Shown here: positions 9,147 through 18,934 of the stretch, piece after piece
Position numbering within the stretch: position 1 is the stretch's first letter
Layout: each line of letters begins with the position of its first letter
Assembly: GCA_039795225.1 (NCBI GenBank)
Contig: JBDKEN010000001.1
Coordinates: 21,610 to 85,609, forward strand
Direction of reading: 5' to 3'
DNA: 64,000 nt
From: Bacteroidota bacterium
GTDB taxonomy: Bacteria; Bacteroidota; Ignavibacteria; Kapaibacteriales; Kapaibacteriaceae
Program-made: the position numbers and the translations under genes
Notes under the pieces: generated by a model
The model's database searches: none
Told to the model about the DNA's origin: nothing
Seen by the model: only the letters and a program-made list of their open reading frames with translations

Positions 9147-10490
9147 ATGTTCATCCGATCAATTTCTGGGCTACGAGCCACGCTTGGTGATGACCTGACG
9201 CCGGCGGTTGTTGCGAGATATGCGGAAGCCTTTAGTGCAATCCTCCCCAATGGGCCGATCGTTGTTGGTCGAGACGGGCGTCCGAGTGGACTGTGGATAG
9301 AGCAGGTTCTCATTGGTGCACTCCGTGCATGTGGCCGTACGGTGCGTCATCTTGGTATGATGCCAACGCCAACGGTGCAGCTACTGACGGAGCATTCCGA
9401 TGCTGTGGGTGGTATTTCCATTACTGCATCGCATAACCCGGCACCGTGGAATGGCTTGAAGTTTGTTGACGCTGGCGGCGTTTTTCTTGATGCTGACGGT
9501 AATGCGCAACTCTGGGAGGCGGCCGATGCAGCATCGGCGAACCGTTCATCCGAGCAGCAAGCAGGTATTCTTGAGCAGATTGATGATGCCGCGGCGCGAC
9601 ACGTTGATGTTGTGCTTGCACTTGAGGCAGTGTCCACAGCACCGAGTGCGAACGGTGAGACAGTAGTTGTTGATGCGGTCAACTGCTCTGGGTCATTCAT
9701 CGTGCCGCTCTTGCTCGAGCGGATGGGGTATCGGGTTGTTCGCTTGTTTGCCGATGGATCGGGGATCTTCCCACATACGCCTGAGCCCCTTGCAGAAAAT
9801 TTAACGGAGCTCGGTCGCGCCGTTGTTGCGCACGGCGCCATCATGGGCGTTGCCGTTGATCCGGATGCGGACCGGCTTGTGCTCTTTGATCGGCACGGGA
9901 CGCCCATTGGCGAAGAACGGACGGTTGCATTGGCTGCACGAGCTGTGCTCTTGCACGGACACCTGGGCTCGGTCGTAGTCAACTTCTCGACATCTCGAAT
10001 GGTTGACGATGTGGCGGCGGAATTCGGTCAACAGGTTGAACGTGCACCGGTGGGTGAAATCAATGTTGTTCGTCGGATGCAGGAGCTCTCGGCCGTGATT
10101 GGCGGCGAAGGTAGCGGTGGTGTCATCTACCCGGCATGCCATGCCGGACGTGACAGTCTGGTTGGACTTGCTTTAATCAGTGCAATGCTGCGTCGAAGCG
10201 GCACAACTCTGGATGACGTCTGTGCTGCGATCCCCTCCTACACGATGATCAAGACGAAGTTTGATCTCGCCTCGCGGGAGCAGATGACCAGCATAACGCA
10301 GCGGATCGTTGCACTGCACGGAGAACATATCGCCTCGACGGCTGATGGCATCTATCTGCGCTGGCCGCAGAGCTGGCTGCATGTGCGTGCTTCGAACACC
10401 GAGCCGATCATGCGCGTGATTGCCGAGGCACCAACGCCCGAAGAGGCCACATCGCTTGTGGAATCGATCACGGCGCTGATCCATGGCTAG
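9147..10490 (+). CDS. glmM: Phosphoglucosamine mutase / phosphohexomutase family protein
   Basis: The active-site loop is ITASHNPAPWNGLKF, the Mg site is GVAVDPDADRL, and GGEGSGG is present. I moved the start to the ATG at 9147 because the ORF-track start at 9111 lies inside a heptamer array. Confidence 0.75.
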   Translation: MFIRSISGLRATLGDDLTPAVVARYAEAFSAILPNGPIVVGRDGRPSGLWIEQVLIGALRACGRTVRHLGMMPTPTVQLLTEHSDAVGGISITASHNPAPWNGLKFVDAGGVFLDADGNAQLWEAADAASANRSSEQQAGILEQIDDAAARHVDVVLALEAVSTAPSANGETVVVDAVNCSGSFIVPLLLERMGYRVVRLFADGSGIFPHTPEPLAENLTELGRAVVAHGAIMGVAVDPDADRLVLFDRHGTPIGEERTVALAARAVLLHGHLGSVVVNFSTSRMVDDVAAEFGQQVERAPVGEINVVRRMQELSAVIGGEGSGGVIYPACHAGRDSLVGLALISAMLRRSGTTLDDVCAAIPSYTMIKTKFDLASREQMTSITQRIVALHGEHIASTADGIYLRWPQSWLHVRASNTEPIMRVIAEAPTPEEATSLVESITALIHG

Positions 10491-13400
10491 CCCCTTTACC
10501 ACAAACTCTCTTGGACATGCACGTCATGTCCTCTCGCTTTGTCTCCATGCCGCAACTGGGAAGGGGGCTTCGCGAACAACGATCGAGGAGTTTACGAGTG
10601 TTGAAGGAACATTCCGTGTCTTGAAGGACGCCGAGACGCAGCGGACGCTTGCCGTCGTGGACGCGATTCCACCATCAGAGAGCCCCTTCGATGATGTCCC
10701 CCGCGACAAGCTGCGCTCCATTGCCACGCGTGTCCAGGCCCCGTATGTTATTCTGACGAATCTCCGCCGCGTTGTTACCTACCGCACGGAAGGTGTTCTC
10801 AAGCGTCTACCCGACGAACAGCATACGGTGGGATGGCACAATGCGTCGGATGTGCGATCTGTTGAGGATGCTGACTCCTCGGGCATGCAGGTGGGGATTA
10901 TCGCAGCGCTGCGTCAAGCTATTCAATGGCTTGACATTGACGCATCACTGCGTCCAGAACAACGCGTCATTGATGCATCAGCATTCTTCTCGGAACGTGT
11001 ACTTTCGATGTTTGATGATCTGGTCTCATGCTGTGAGAGCGGTGTGCAGCAGCGTGACGCCACGCTGCGCCTCGGAACGAGTATCCTGGCCTATGTGCTC
11101 ATGCATGTGCGTGATCGAAGCAACCTCGATCGGTTGTCACTCCCCTACGGCCTTGGCAGTGCTCGACTGATGACGGATCTAGTTGGTGCGTACTTCCGTC
11201 AAGCACGTCGGCTCGGACACACGATGCTTCCGGAATCGGTCGAAGATGTGCAGATCCTGCCGCACCGCGAGGGTGTGTTCCGCATGACGCTATCGGATCT
11301 GATCAACTTCTTGCATCGGTTTGATCCTGAACGTCTGAGTGATAATGACCTGCATCGCGCCGTTGATGCTGTCCTGCAGCGATGCTCGCGCATCGCACGC
11401 GCATCGGTGCCGACCATCGATGCGTTGGACCTTGCCTTGCGGATGGTTGCGCGCACGCGCGAACTGCGTGATGTCGCCGATCACGATCGTCATCGACTAC
11501 TGGAGATCGGGCAGACGCAGGGCCTTGCCAGCGTCCGCCACCTGCTGATGTCGGGTGGTGTTCCCTGTGAGGCACGAGTCTATGCACGCACGGCCGAGGA
11601 CGAGCGCGCCATCGTGCTTCGGTCATCAGGCCGCATTGGCTTTGATGCCGACGTGCAGATTCTTCGCGAAACGCGCGCCGTTCGAAGTCCATGGGATATG
11701 GTCGTCGCAACAACTACAGATGTACGGGAACGCCACCGTCTGCGCCTGCTGCTTGAGCGTCTCCCGCTCGACCCTGATGGTGTTGTCGTGCTCTTCCTAC
11801 CGATCTCGGCGCTGCATGACGAGCGCTATGCACTGGTGCGACAAACACTCATGGCACGCTTTAGTATCGAGTGGCTCGTTGTCAGCGATGCCGAAGCTCT
11901 GGCAGAGCCAGACACGGGAGTGTGCTTCATTGTCGCACGGGTGGCATCAGAAGATGACGTTGATCATCCCGCCCGATGCGTCTACCTACGTCGTCCCATT
12001 GCCGCATTCTTCCCTTCATCACGTGCCTCGCGTGATCTTGAGCAGGATCGTCTGCGAGCGCTGGACACCTTCGTGAAGTATCTCGATGCCTCTCGCCATG
12101 GGAAGCTGAACGACGAAGCCGTTGTGCGGATGGTACCGCAGGACCATCTGCGTCGCGACCCTGTGTGGGAGGACTTTCTCGTGCCGCCCGATGTGCTGAG
12201 CTCGATCCTTACCAAAACCCTCCCCCACATTCGGCCGCTACGCTCCATCGCTGACGTGTCAGGGGGCATGCGCACGGGCGCCTTTGATGTATTTGCTCCG
12301 GATACACAGACGATTGCCTCGGACGATCTCGAAAACACCTTCTGGCAGCGGATTGCTGATGATGGAAGCGTCATCGACAACTACGTTCTCACGACGAGTG
12401 ATGACATCGACTCCATGAGTGGTCTGCCTCGCACGGATCGGCGACTATTGCTGATCCCCAAAGATCGTTCGCAGATCTCTGGTACGAATGTGCTCACACG
12501 CATTGAGAAGGCAGAACGTGAAGGCGTACACCTGCGCGCATCGATGCGGCATGCCACAGAGTGGTGGCACCTACAGCCCCCTCAGCCGCCGCATCTCGTT
12601 ATTCCGAAACAACAGGATCGACGCTGGGTTGTTGCCGTGAACAGCCTACGTGCATACGTCAGCGATGCATTCGTCTGCATCACGCTGCGCCAGCCGGCCG
12701 ATGCCGAGCGTATCGGGTTGTGGATGAATTCCACCATTGGCGTATTCCTCAGCGAGTTGCTCCGTCAGGATCTGCATGTGCAGAACATCACGGTGCGTGA
12801 TGCACAAGAATTCCCGATTGCCGATGATGCTCTGTTGTCAAAGCTTGATCCGGCGCATTTTACGGGGCTCGCACGACGTCGCGTGAGCACCCTCGATGAT
12901 GAGTTTGGTGCCGTCTCCTATGATAGCATCAGGCCAGAGACCATTCTGCGCGATCGTCGCAAACTTGATGCGGCGATCATGACCGATCTGCTGGGCCTAA
13001 CTGAAGAAGAACAGCGCTGGGTGTACCGATTCGCCTATGCGTGGTGGTCACGGACGTCGAACGTTCGGCACATCGCCAACGCCATTGTGTATGATCTGGA
13101 ACATCGGCAGAAGGTAAAGCCACTACGTGCCTGGTATTGGCCACGCATTAATCAGCTCCCACTTGGTGCCCGTCGCGAGATTATTCTCGATTCCCCTGCA
13201 GAGTCAACGGAGGTGACGCCAACAATGTTTGGATGGCAGGTGCGGATCTCGCACACCCATGATGACCTTGTGCTTGAGGCTAGCACTGGGGAAGAGGCGG
13301 AGATCATTGGCCTCTTTGTCCGCCTTGGTGCCGTATCGATGGAGATCCCAATCGACACTATTCTCATTGCGGGTCTGCTTCCGCAACTGCGAGACTTTGT

Positions 13401-13503
13401 CATGGCGGTTGAGGCGTTGCTCGAGCAGAGCCTGTCGGCATTCCCTGACGATATGCGTCGATCAATCCGACACGCCGTCGCATCCACCTTGTGCATGCGA
13501 TAA
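10483..13503 (+). CDS. Large hypothetical protein resembling a degenerate type IIG (Eco57I/TaqI_C-like) restriction-modification enzyme
   Basis: This is a 1006-aa uninterrupted ORF. Its ATG overlaps the glmM-like stop (ATGGCTAG). The domain-level resemblance is described in the findings. No intact SAM-binding or NPPY-type motif was seen. Confidence 0.5.
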   Translation: MASPFTTNSLGHARHVLSLCLHAATGKGASRTTIEEFTSVEGTFRVLKDAETQRTLAVVDAIPPSESPFDDVPRDKLRSIATRVQAPYVILTNLRRVVTYRTEGVLKRLPDEQHTVGWHNASDVRSVEDADSSGMQVGIIAALRQAIQWLDIDASLRPEQRVIDASAFFSERVLSMFDDLVSCCESGVQQRDATLRLGTSILAYVLMHVRDRSNLDRLSLPYGLGSARLMTDLVGAYFRQARRLGHTMLPESVEDVQILPHREGVFRMTLSDLINFLHRFDPERLSDNDLHRAVDAVLQRCSRIARASVPTIDALDLALRMVARTRELRDVADHDRHRLLEIGQTQGLASVRHLLMSGGVPCEARVYARTAEDERAIVLRSSGRIGFDADVQILRETRAVRSPWDMVVATTTDVRERHRLRLLLERLPLDPDGVVVLFLPISALHDERYALVRQTLMARFSIEWLVVSDAEALAEPDTGVCFIVARVASEDDVDHPARCVYLRRPIAAFFPSSRASRDLEQDRLRALDTFVKYLDASRHGKLNDEAVVRMVPQDHLRRDPVWEDFLVPPDVLSSILTKTLPHIRPLRSIADVSGGMRTGAFDVFAPDTQTIASDDLENTFWQRIADDGSVIDNYVLTTSDDIDSMSGLPRTDRRLLLIPKDRSQISGTNVLTRIEKAEREGVHLRASMRHATEWWHLQPPQPPHLVIPKQQDRRWVVAVNSLRAYVSDAFVCITLRQPADAERIGLWMNSTIGVFLSELLRQDLHVQNITVRDAQEFPIADDALLSKLDPAHFTGLARRRVSTLDDEFGAVSYDSIRPETILRDRRKLDAAIMTDLLGLTEEEQRWVYRFAYAWWSRTSNVRHIANAIVYDLEHRQKVKPLRAWYWPRINQLPLGARREIILDSPAESTEVTPTMFGWQVRISHTHDDLVLEASTGEEAEIIGLFVRLGAVSMEIPIDTILIAGLLPQLRDFVMAVEALLEQSLSAFPDDMRRSIRHAVASTLCMR

Positions 13504-13569
13504 TGTCACGATGATGATCGGTAACTGCTCGTAGGGGGCACGTAGTTCCACCCCCTGCCAGGCGTCACG

Positions 13570-14586
13570 ATGCTTTCGGTTCGCGATGTTATTGCCCTGC
13601 GATTTGTTCCACGTCTACCCAACGATGAGCTTCGGCGACTCGCCACGGAGTGCACGTCCTTAGATGATGCTCTGGTGCGTCTTGGGCATCATCAGCTGGA
13701 TCTGGTTGAGCTCGCAGAGCGACAGCTCCAACGTTGCCGCGAACTTGACGTTTCGATTCTTCCCTGGACGGATGAGCGCTATCCTCCACGCCTGCGTGAT
13801 GCCATATCGCCCCCTGCCGTAATCTTCGTTCGCGGAATTCTTCCTGCACCTTCTCTTCCCAGCATCGGCGTTGTCGGGACGCGATCTTGCACCATGCATT
13901 ATGGGAAACCTGTGACGGAATCGCTCGTGGAAACGTGGGTGGCACGAAGAGCTGTAATCATCAGCGGTCTTGCCCACGGCATTGATACGATTGCCCACCA
14001 GACAACTGTCCAACGCCATGGTAGTACCATCGCTGTGATTGCCAGTGGAATCGATCGAATAACACCAATCGTTGCACAGCAACTGGCCGACCGAATTGTT
14101 GCTGCTGGTGGCTGCATTCTCAGTGAGCACCCGTGTGGTGTTGCTGCCCTGCCGCCGGCATTTCCAGCACGCAATCGCATCATTGCCGGTCTGAGCGACG
14201 CCGTTGTGGTTGTCGAGAGCAAGCACCGAGGGGGCGCACTGATTACGGCCGAGTTTGCGCGCCAAAAGCAGCGACCAGTCTACGCCGTGCCCGGGCCGAT
14301 TACGTCGGTACGCAGTCAGGGGTGTCATGCGCTTATTGCTTCTCATTCTGCCAGAGTGCTTACCTGCGCCGATGATGTTGTGGAGGTGCCGAAGCTGGCT
14401 GCAGAATTGACGCTATCGCATGAAGCCGTGCTCGGGTTTGAAAGTGGAACGCCGCAGCACCTCGATGATCTAGCCATGGCGTGGTCATGCTCGGCCTCCG
14501 ATGCCCTTCGTCGCGTATTGGACCTCGAGCTGGAGGGTCGCATCACCCGTCTGCCAGGAAACCGATTTCTTGCACGCATCGCTTGA
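13570..14586 (+). CDS. dprA: DNA-processing protein DprA (Smf)
   Basis: VVGTRSCT..YG, SGLAHGIDTIAHQ, FPARNRIIAGLSDAVVVVES..RGGALITA is the canonical DprA Rossmann core. Confidence 0.85.
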   Translation: MLSVRDVIALRFVPRLPNDELRRLATECTSLDDALVRLGHHQLDLVELAERQLQRCRELDVSILPWTDERYPPRLRDAISPPAVIFVRGILPAPSLPSIGVVGTRSCTMHYGKPVTESLVETWVARRAVIISGLAHGIDTIAHQTTVQRHGSTIAVIASGIDRITPIVAQQLADRIVAAGGCILSEHPCGVAALPPAFPARNRIIAGLSDAVVVVESKHRGGALITAEFARQKQRPVYAVPGPITSVRSQGCHALIASHSARVLTCADDVVEVPKLAAELTLSHEAVLGFESGTPQHLDDLAMAWSCSASDALRRVLDLELEGRITRLPGNRFLARIA

Positions 14587-14589
14587 CCG

Positions 14590-14597
14590 TAACTTGA
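14590..14597 (+). promoter_or_regulatory. -7 box candidate (TAACTTGA), 12 nt before the fni ATG
   Basis: It matches on motif and spacing and lies in the 15-nt dprA-fni gap. Confidence 0.3.
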
Positions 14598-14601
14598 CGG
14601 C

Positions 14602-15627
14602 ATGTCGATTCCCTCCCGCAAAGAAGATCACGTCAATCTGGCCCTGTCAGGCACAGCAGGATTCCGCGCGAAGACCACGGGGCTGGATGCATTTACCTTC
14701 GAGTACAATGCGCTTCCCGAGATCAACTATGCCGATATCACCACGGCGACGGAGTTTCTGGGACATCAACTTCGCCTTCCACTTCTTGTGACAGGAATGA
14801 CAGGGGGCTATCCGGATGCAGAGCGGATCAATCGTGATCTGGCCGAGGCATGCTCCGTATTGGGAATTGCCATGGGTGTCGGATCCATGCGAGCAGCACT
14901 TGAGGACGCACGTCATGAGGCATCCTATAGCTGCGTACGCCCCTTTGCCTCTACTGTACCAATGATTGCCAACATCGGCGCTGTGCAAGCCACACGCTGG
15001 CGTCGTGACGGCACGCTCCTTACGATGGTTGATCGGGCCATTGCAATGATCGGTGCATCGGCTCTTGCCGTGCATCTGAATCCGCTGCAGGAGCTGACGC
15101 AACCTGAGGGCGAGCCTGAGTTTCGTGGCGTCCTTGAGAGTATTGAGCTGTTGGTCCGACGCAGCCCCGTGCCGATCATTGTCAAAGAAGTTGGAGCTGG
15201 CGTATCTCGAAATGTTGTCGAGCGCCTCCGCTCCGTTGGCGTCGAGATCATCGACGTGGCCGGTGCTGGTGGAACATCCTGGTCGGGCATCGAAATCATG
15301 CGTCATCCCAACCCGTCGCAGGTGGATCACCTTTGGGATGTCGGCATTCCGACTGCGGAGTGTCTGCTTGCCAATGCGGACCATGTCCCCGTCCTTATTG
15401 CCTCGGGAGGCATTGCAAATGGGACGCATGTTGCCGTGAGTATTGGACTTGGGGCAAAAATTGTCGGAGCTGCTCGACCACTATTACAGGCCCACCACGA
15501 TGGAGGTGTCGAAGGAATCTTGCATCTTGTCCGTGTTTGGGAAACTACTTTACGTCAATGGATGTTCTTGACCGGGAGCGTTAACCTTTCCGACCTACGA
15601 TCTGCACACATCTACCGCATTCATTAG
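14602..15627 (+). CDS. fni: Isopentenyl-diphosphate delta-isomerase, type 2 (FMN-dependent)
   Basis: RKEDHVNLAL, PLLVTGMTGG, IIVKEVGAGVS and ASGGI are typical of IDI-2. Confidence 0.85.
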   Translation: MSIPSRKEDHVNLALSGTAGFRAKTTGLDAFTFEYNALPEINYADITTATEFLGHQLRLPLLVTGMTGGYPDAERINRDLAEACSVLGIAMGVGSMRAALEDARHEASYSCVRPFASTVPMIANIGAVQATRWRRDGTLLTMVDRAIAMIGASALAVHLNPLQELTQPEGEPEFRGVLESIELLVRRSPVPIIVKEVGAGVSRNVVERLRSVGVEIIDVAGAGGTSWSGIEIMRHPNPSQVDHLWDVGIPTAECLLANADHVPVLIASGGIANGTHVAVSIGLGAKIVGAARPLLQAHHDGGVEGILHLVRVWETTLRQWMFLTGSVNLSDLRSAHIYRIH

Positions 15628-15639
15628 CAACGGGATCCC

Positions 15640-16653
15640 ATGATCAATGTTTCTGCACCCATTGACCGTATAGCTCCGTTCCGACACCACATCGAGGCTG
15701 CTCTGCAGGATGCTCTTCAGGAGTTCCGCGAGCCGGCATGTCTATACGACCCGGTGCACTACTTGTTCGAGGCAGGGGGCAAACGTGTCCGCCCTGTCCT
15801 GACGATGCTCGCCTGTGAAGCCGTCGGTGGTAATGCCGACCATGCCGTGCATGCTGCGATTGCCGTTGAGATGCTCCACAACTTCACATTGGTCCATGAT
15901 GACATCATGGACAGCTCGGCCAAACGTCGCGGTCGTGATACCGTGCACACCAAGTGGAATACCAACACCGCGATCCTTGCTGGTGACGTCATGATGGGCA
16001 TTGCCATGCGCCTGCTCTTGCGCAGTGCAGCACATGCCGACCGCCCACTTGATGTGGTGGATGCATTTTCGACGGGACTTATCGATGTGTGCGATGGTCA
16101 GGCACTCGATATGGAGTTCATGATGCGCGATGACGTGCGAGCCGACGAGTACTTCATGATGATCGAACGGAAAACAGCGCGGCTTCTGGAAATGTCGGTT
16201 GCCATCGGTGCAAGCATCGGCAATGCAACGGTCGATCAACGCGAAGCACTCCAGACATTTGCTCGTGAGATCGGCATTGCGTTTCAGATGCAGGATGACA
16301 TCCTTGATGCCTTCGGCTCTGAGTCGTTTGGCAAGGTTCGCGGCGGCGACATCATGGAAGGCAAGCGCACGTGGCTGATGATTGAGACATGTGCACGCGT
16401 CGAACAGCATGCGACGGCCTCGGAAGACCATCGACAGCTTATCGCGGCGTTTCGTCGTGGGGAGCCCCTTACCCAGGATCATGTGCCACAGGTAATTGCC
16501 ATCATGGAGCAGTATGGTGTGCATGAGGACGCGCGCAGCGTTGTCCAGCAACGGACGATGAGTGCCTATGCAGCATTGCATCGTCTTGCGCCATCAGATG
16601 CACGGGACTCGCTTGAGTCGATGGCGCAGTCACTGATGGGGCGTACCCAGTAA
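15640..16653 (+). CDS. Polyprenyl (geranylgeranyl/farnesyl) diphosphate synthase
   Basis: It carries the first and second aspartate-rich motifs LVHDDIMD and FQMQDDILD, and GKRVRP. It sits directly after fni. Confidence 0.85.
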   Translation: MINVSAPIDRIAPFRHHIEAALQDALQEFREPACLYDPVHYLFEAGGKRVRPVLTMLACEAVGGNADHAVHAAIAVEMLHNFTLVHDDIMDSSAKRRGRDTVHTKWNTNTAILAGDVMMGIAMRLLLRSAAHADRPLDVVDAFSTGLIDVCDGQALDMEFMMRDDVRADEYFMMIERKTARLLEMSVAIGASIGNATVDQREALQTFAREIGIAFQMQDDILDAFGSESFGKVRGGDIMEGKRTWLMIETCARVEQHATASEDHRQLIAAFRRGEPLTQDHVPQVIAIMEQYGVHEDARSVVQQRTMSAYAALHRLAPSDARDSLESMAQSLMGRTQ

Positions 16654-16668
16654 GCGTCTTCATTGGCG

Positions 16669-16676
16669 TATTTTCG
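16669..16676 (+). promoter_or_regulatory. -7 box candidate (TATTTTCG), 12 nt before the murD ATG
   Basis: It matches on motif and spacing. Confidence 0.4.
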
Positions 16677-16680
16677 CCCC

Positions 16681-18009
16681 ATGCGTATTTCTGTTATTGG
16701 CGCAGCCCTGAGCGGGGTTGCAGCCGCCGAGCTTGCTCAACGTCAGGGGCATTCAGTCCTCGTCAGTGAATCCCGTCCGGAATCTGCGATCGCCGAAAAC
16801 GCCGCACGACTGCGGGATTCGGGGATCACGCTAGAAGCTGGTGGACACACCGACGCGGTGTATGAGAGTGATTTGATCATTGTCTCTCCGGGCGTTCCAC
16901 CGAGTCATCCCATCCGACTCGAAGCACCACGCCGCGGCATTGAGCTCATTGGTGAGTTGGAATACGCGAGCCGGTTTCTCTCCAACCCCATCGTTGCGAT
17001 TACGGGAACCAATGGCAAGACAACGACAACGGCACTGACGGCGTACATTCTTCAGCAGAGCGGACGCTCAGCTGTGGCCGCAGGCAACATCGGAACGCCC
17101 CTGTCAGCATTGGTCGGCTCAGTCTCTTCCGATACCATCATTGTTGCCGAGTGCAGCTCCTATCAGCTCGATACGATCGTGACCTTTCGTCCGAAGGTGA
17201 GCATGATCCTCAACATTACGCCGGATCACCTCTCGTATCATGGGACGTTTTCCCAATACGTTGAATCAAAGTGGAAAATTGCTTCGAACCAACAGGAGGA
17301 TGACGTTGTAATTTTGAATGCCGATGATCCTGCAGTTGCACCTGCAGCGTCGGTAGTCCGAAGTTCAGTGCGCTACTTCAGCACCACACGTGAGGTTGAT
17401 GGAGCATTCATCCGGGGGGGTGAAATTGTACTTCGGGATCTGCAGCATACTGAGGAGATCCTTATGTCCTTGAGACGTCTTGGGCTTCCGGGAGTTCACA
17501 ACGCAGCGAACTCCATGGCAGCCACGATGGCGGCACGTGCCTTTGAGGTGCGTAATGAGAATATCCGCGACTCGCTGATGTCCTTCAGCGGTGTGGAGCA
17601 CCGGCTCGAACCTGTTCGTACGGTCAAAGGTGCTCGGTTCGTGAACGATTCGAAGGCGACAAACGTTAACGCCACATGGTATGCGCTGTCAAGCTATGAC
17701 AGACCGATCGTGTGGATCGCCGGAGGACGCGGAGACAGCAACAACTATGCTGAACTCGACGAACTCGTGGCAGCGAACGTGAAGTCGATCGTTTGCATCG
17801 GCGAAGAGGCGGATGCCATTTTCAACCATTGGTGCACGACCAAGCGTTGCGTCAAGGCCGATACACTGGAAGACGCTCTCCGTATCGCTCAAGACATGGC
17901 GCTTGCCGAAGAGGTCGTGCTCTTCTCGCCTGCTTGCAAATCGTTTGACATGTTCGCCAACTATGAAGAGCGCGGACGGGCATTCAAGCGGATCGTAGCA
18001 GCCCTCTAA
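16681..18009 (+). CDS. murD: UDP-N-acetylmuramoylalanine--D-glutamate ligase
   Basis: VAITGTNGKTTTT is the P-loop and NDSKATN fits the Mur ligase layout. I chose the ATG at 16681 because a TATTTTCG box sits 12 nt upstream. Confidence 0.85.
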   Translation: MRISVIGAALSGVAAAELAQRQGHSVLVSESRPESAIAENAARLRDSGITLEAGGHTDAVYESDLIIVSPGVPPSHPIRLEAPRRGIELIGELEYASRFLSNPIVAITGTNGKTTTTALTAYILQQSGRSAVAAGNIGTPLSALVGSVSSDTIIVAECSSYQLDTIVTFRPKVSMILNITPDHLSYHGTFSQYVESKWKIASNQQEDDVVILNADDPAVAPAASVVRSSVRYFSTTREVDGAFIRGGEIVLRDLQHTEEILMSLRRLGLPGVHNAANSMAATMAARAFEVRNENIRDSLMSFSGVEHRLEPVRTVKGARFVNDSKATNVNATWYALSSYDRPIVWIAGGRGDSNNYAELDELVAANVKSIVCIGEEADAIFNHWCTTKRCVKADTLEDALRIAQDMALAEEVVLFSPACKSFDMFANYEERGRAFKRIVAAL

Positions 18010-18016
18010 CTTCTGC

Positions 18017-18934
18017 ATGGCACAACCTGCAATTGAGATCCGCGACCTCTACAAGCGGTACGGGGCCTTTACCGCTGTCAACGGACTTCATCTGACCGTT
18101 GAGCAGGGCGATGTGTACGGTTTTCTCGGACCGAACGGTGCGGGAAAGAGTACGACCATCCGAATGATGATGTCGCTCATCGCCCCTTCCTCTGGATCTA
18201 TCCGCATCTTTGGATTAGATCTCAAGGCCGATCGGTCGTCAATCTTGCGTCGCATTGGCGCGATTGTTGAACGTCCTGATTTTTACAATTACCTCTCCGC
18301 CCGACGTAACCTCGAGCTTCTGGGTCGACTCAGCGGCACGGACGTTTCAAAGGCCGCAACCGACCGCGTGCTGGGAATGGTTGGCCTGGGTGCCCGTGCC
18401 GAAAGCAAGGTCAAGACCTTCTCCCATGGCATGAAGCAGCGTCTCGGTATCGCTCAGGCTCTGCTGCACTCGCCGGACCTGATCGTGCTTGATGAACCGA
18501 CCACGGGTCTTGACCCGCATGGAATGGTGGACATGCGCGATCTCATCCTTGAGCTAGCAGCCGATCACAAGAAGACGATCTTCCTCTCCTCGCACATCCT
18601 ACCCGAGGTTGAGCTCACGGCCAATCGCATGGTTATCATCAACCGCGGTCAGGCGATCATCGAAGGGGCTGTCCAGGATCTGCTCAATGCCGGACGTCTC
18701 AAGGTGACCATCGAGACACCCGATGCGCAGCGTGCCCTTGAACTGGTGCGTGCCACGCCCCTTGGTTCGCACGTTCACTCGTCCACGGAGACCACCCTCA
18801 TCCTTATGCTCGAGCGTGGTGAGATCTCTGATGTTGTCTCCATGCTGTCCAATGCCGGCATTGCCTTGCTGGCCGTTACTCCGGTGCGCTCGCTGGAAGA
18901 TTACTTCATCTCGCTCACCAGGGAGGGCGCATGA
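18017..18934 (+). CDS. ABC transporter ATP-binding protein (ABC-2 type)
   Basis: Walker A is GPNGAGKST, the signature is SHGMKQRLGIAQAL and Walker B is LDEPTTGLD. Confidence 0.85.
   Translation: MAQPAIEIRDLYKRYGAFTAVNGLHLTVEQGDVYGFLGPNGAGKSTTIRMMMSLIAPSSGSIRIFGLDLKADRSSILRRIGAIVERPDFYNYLSARRNLELLGRLSGTDVSKAATDRVLGMVGLGARAESKVKTFSHGMKQRLGIAQALLHSPDLIVLDEPTTGLDPHGMVDMRDLILELAADHKKTIFLSSHILPEVELTANRMVIINRGQAIIEGAVQDLLNAGRLKVTIETPDAQRALELVRATPLGSHVHSSTETTLILMLERGEISDVVSMLSNAGIALLAVTPVRSLEDYFISLTREGA

Noticed and set aside
9005-9190. ORFs translating heptamer arrays with 7-aa periodic products such as GNSYLVI. This one is the example. Others are 44792-44986, 44832-45098, 47741-47944, 47637-48026, 47821-48324 and 20088-20534.
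   Set aside because: A 7-bp repeat read in any frame gives a 21-bp, 7-aa periodic pseudo-protein. All frames and both strands are open. There is no start context or homology. These are repeat artefacts, not genes.
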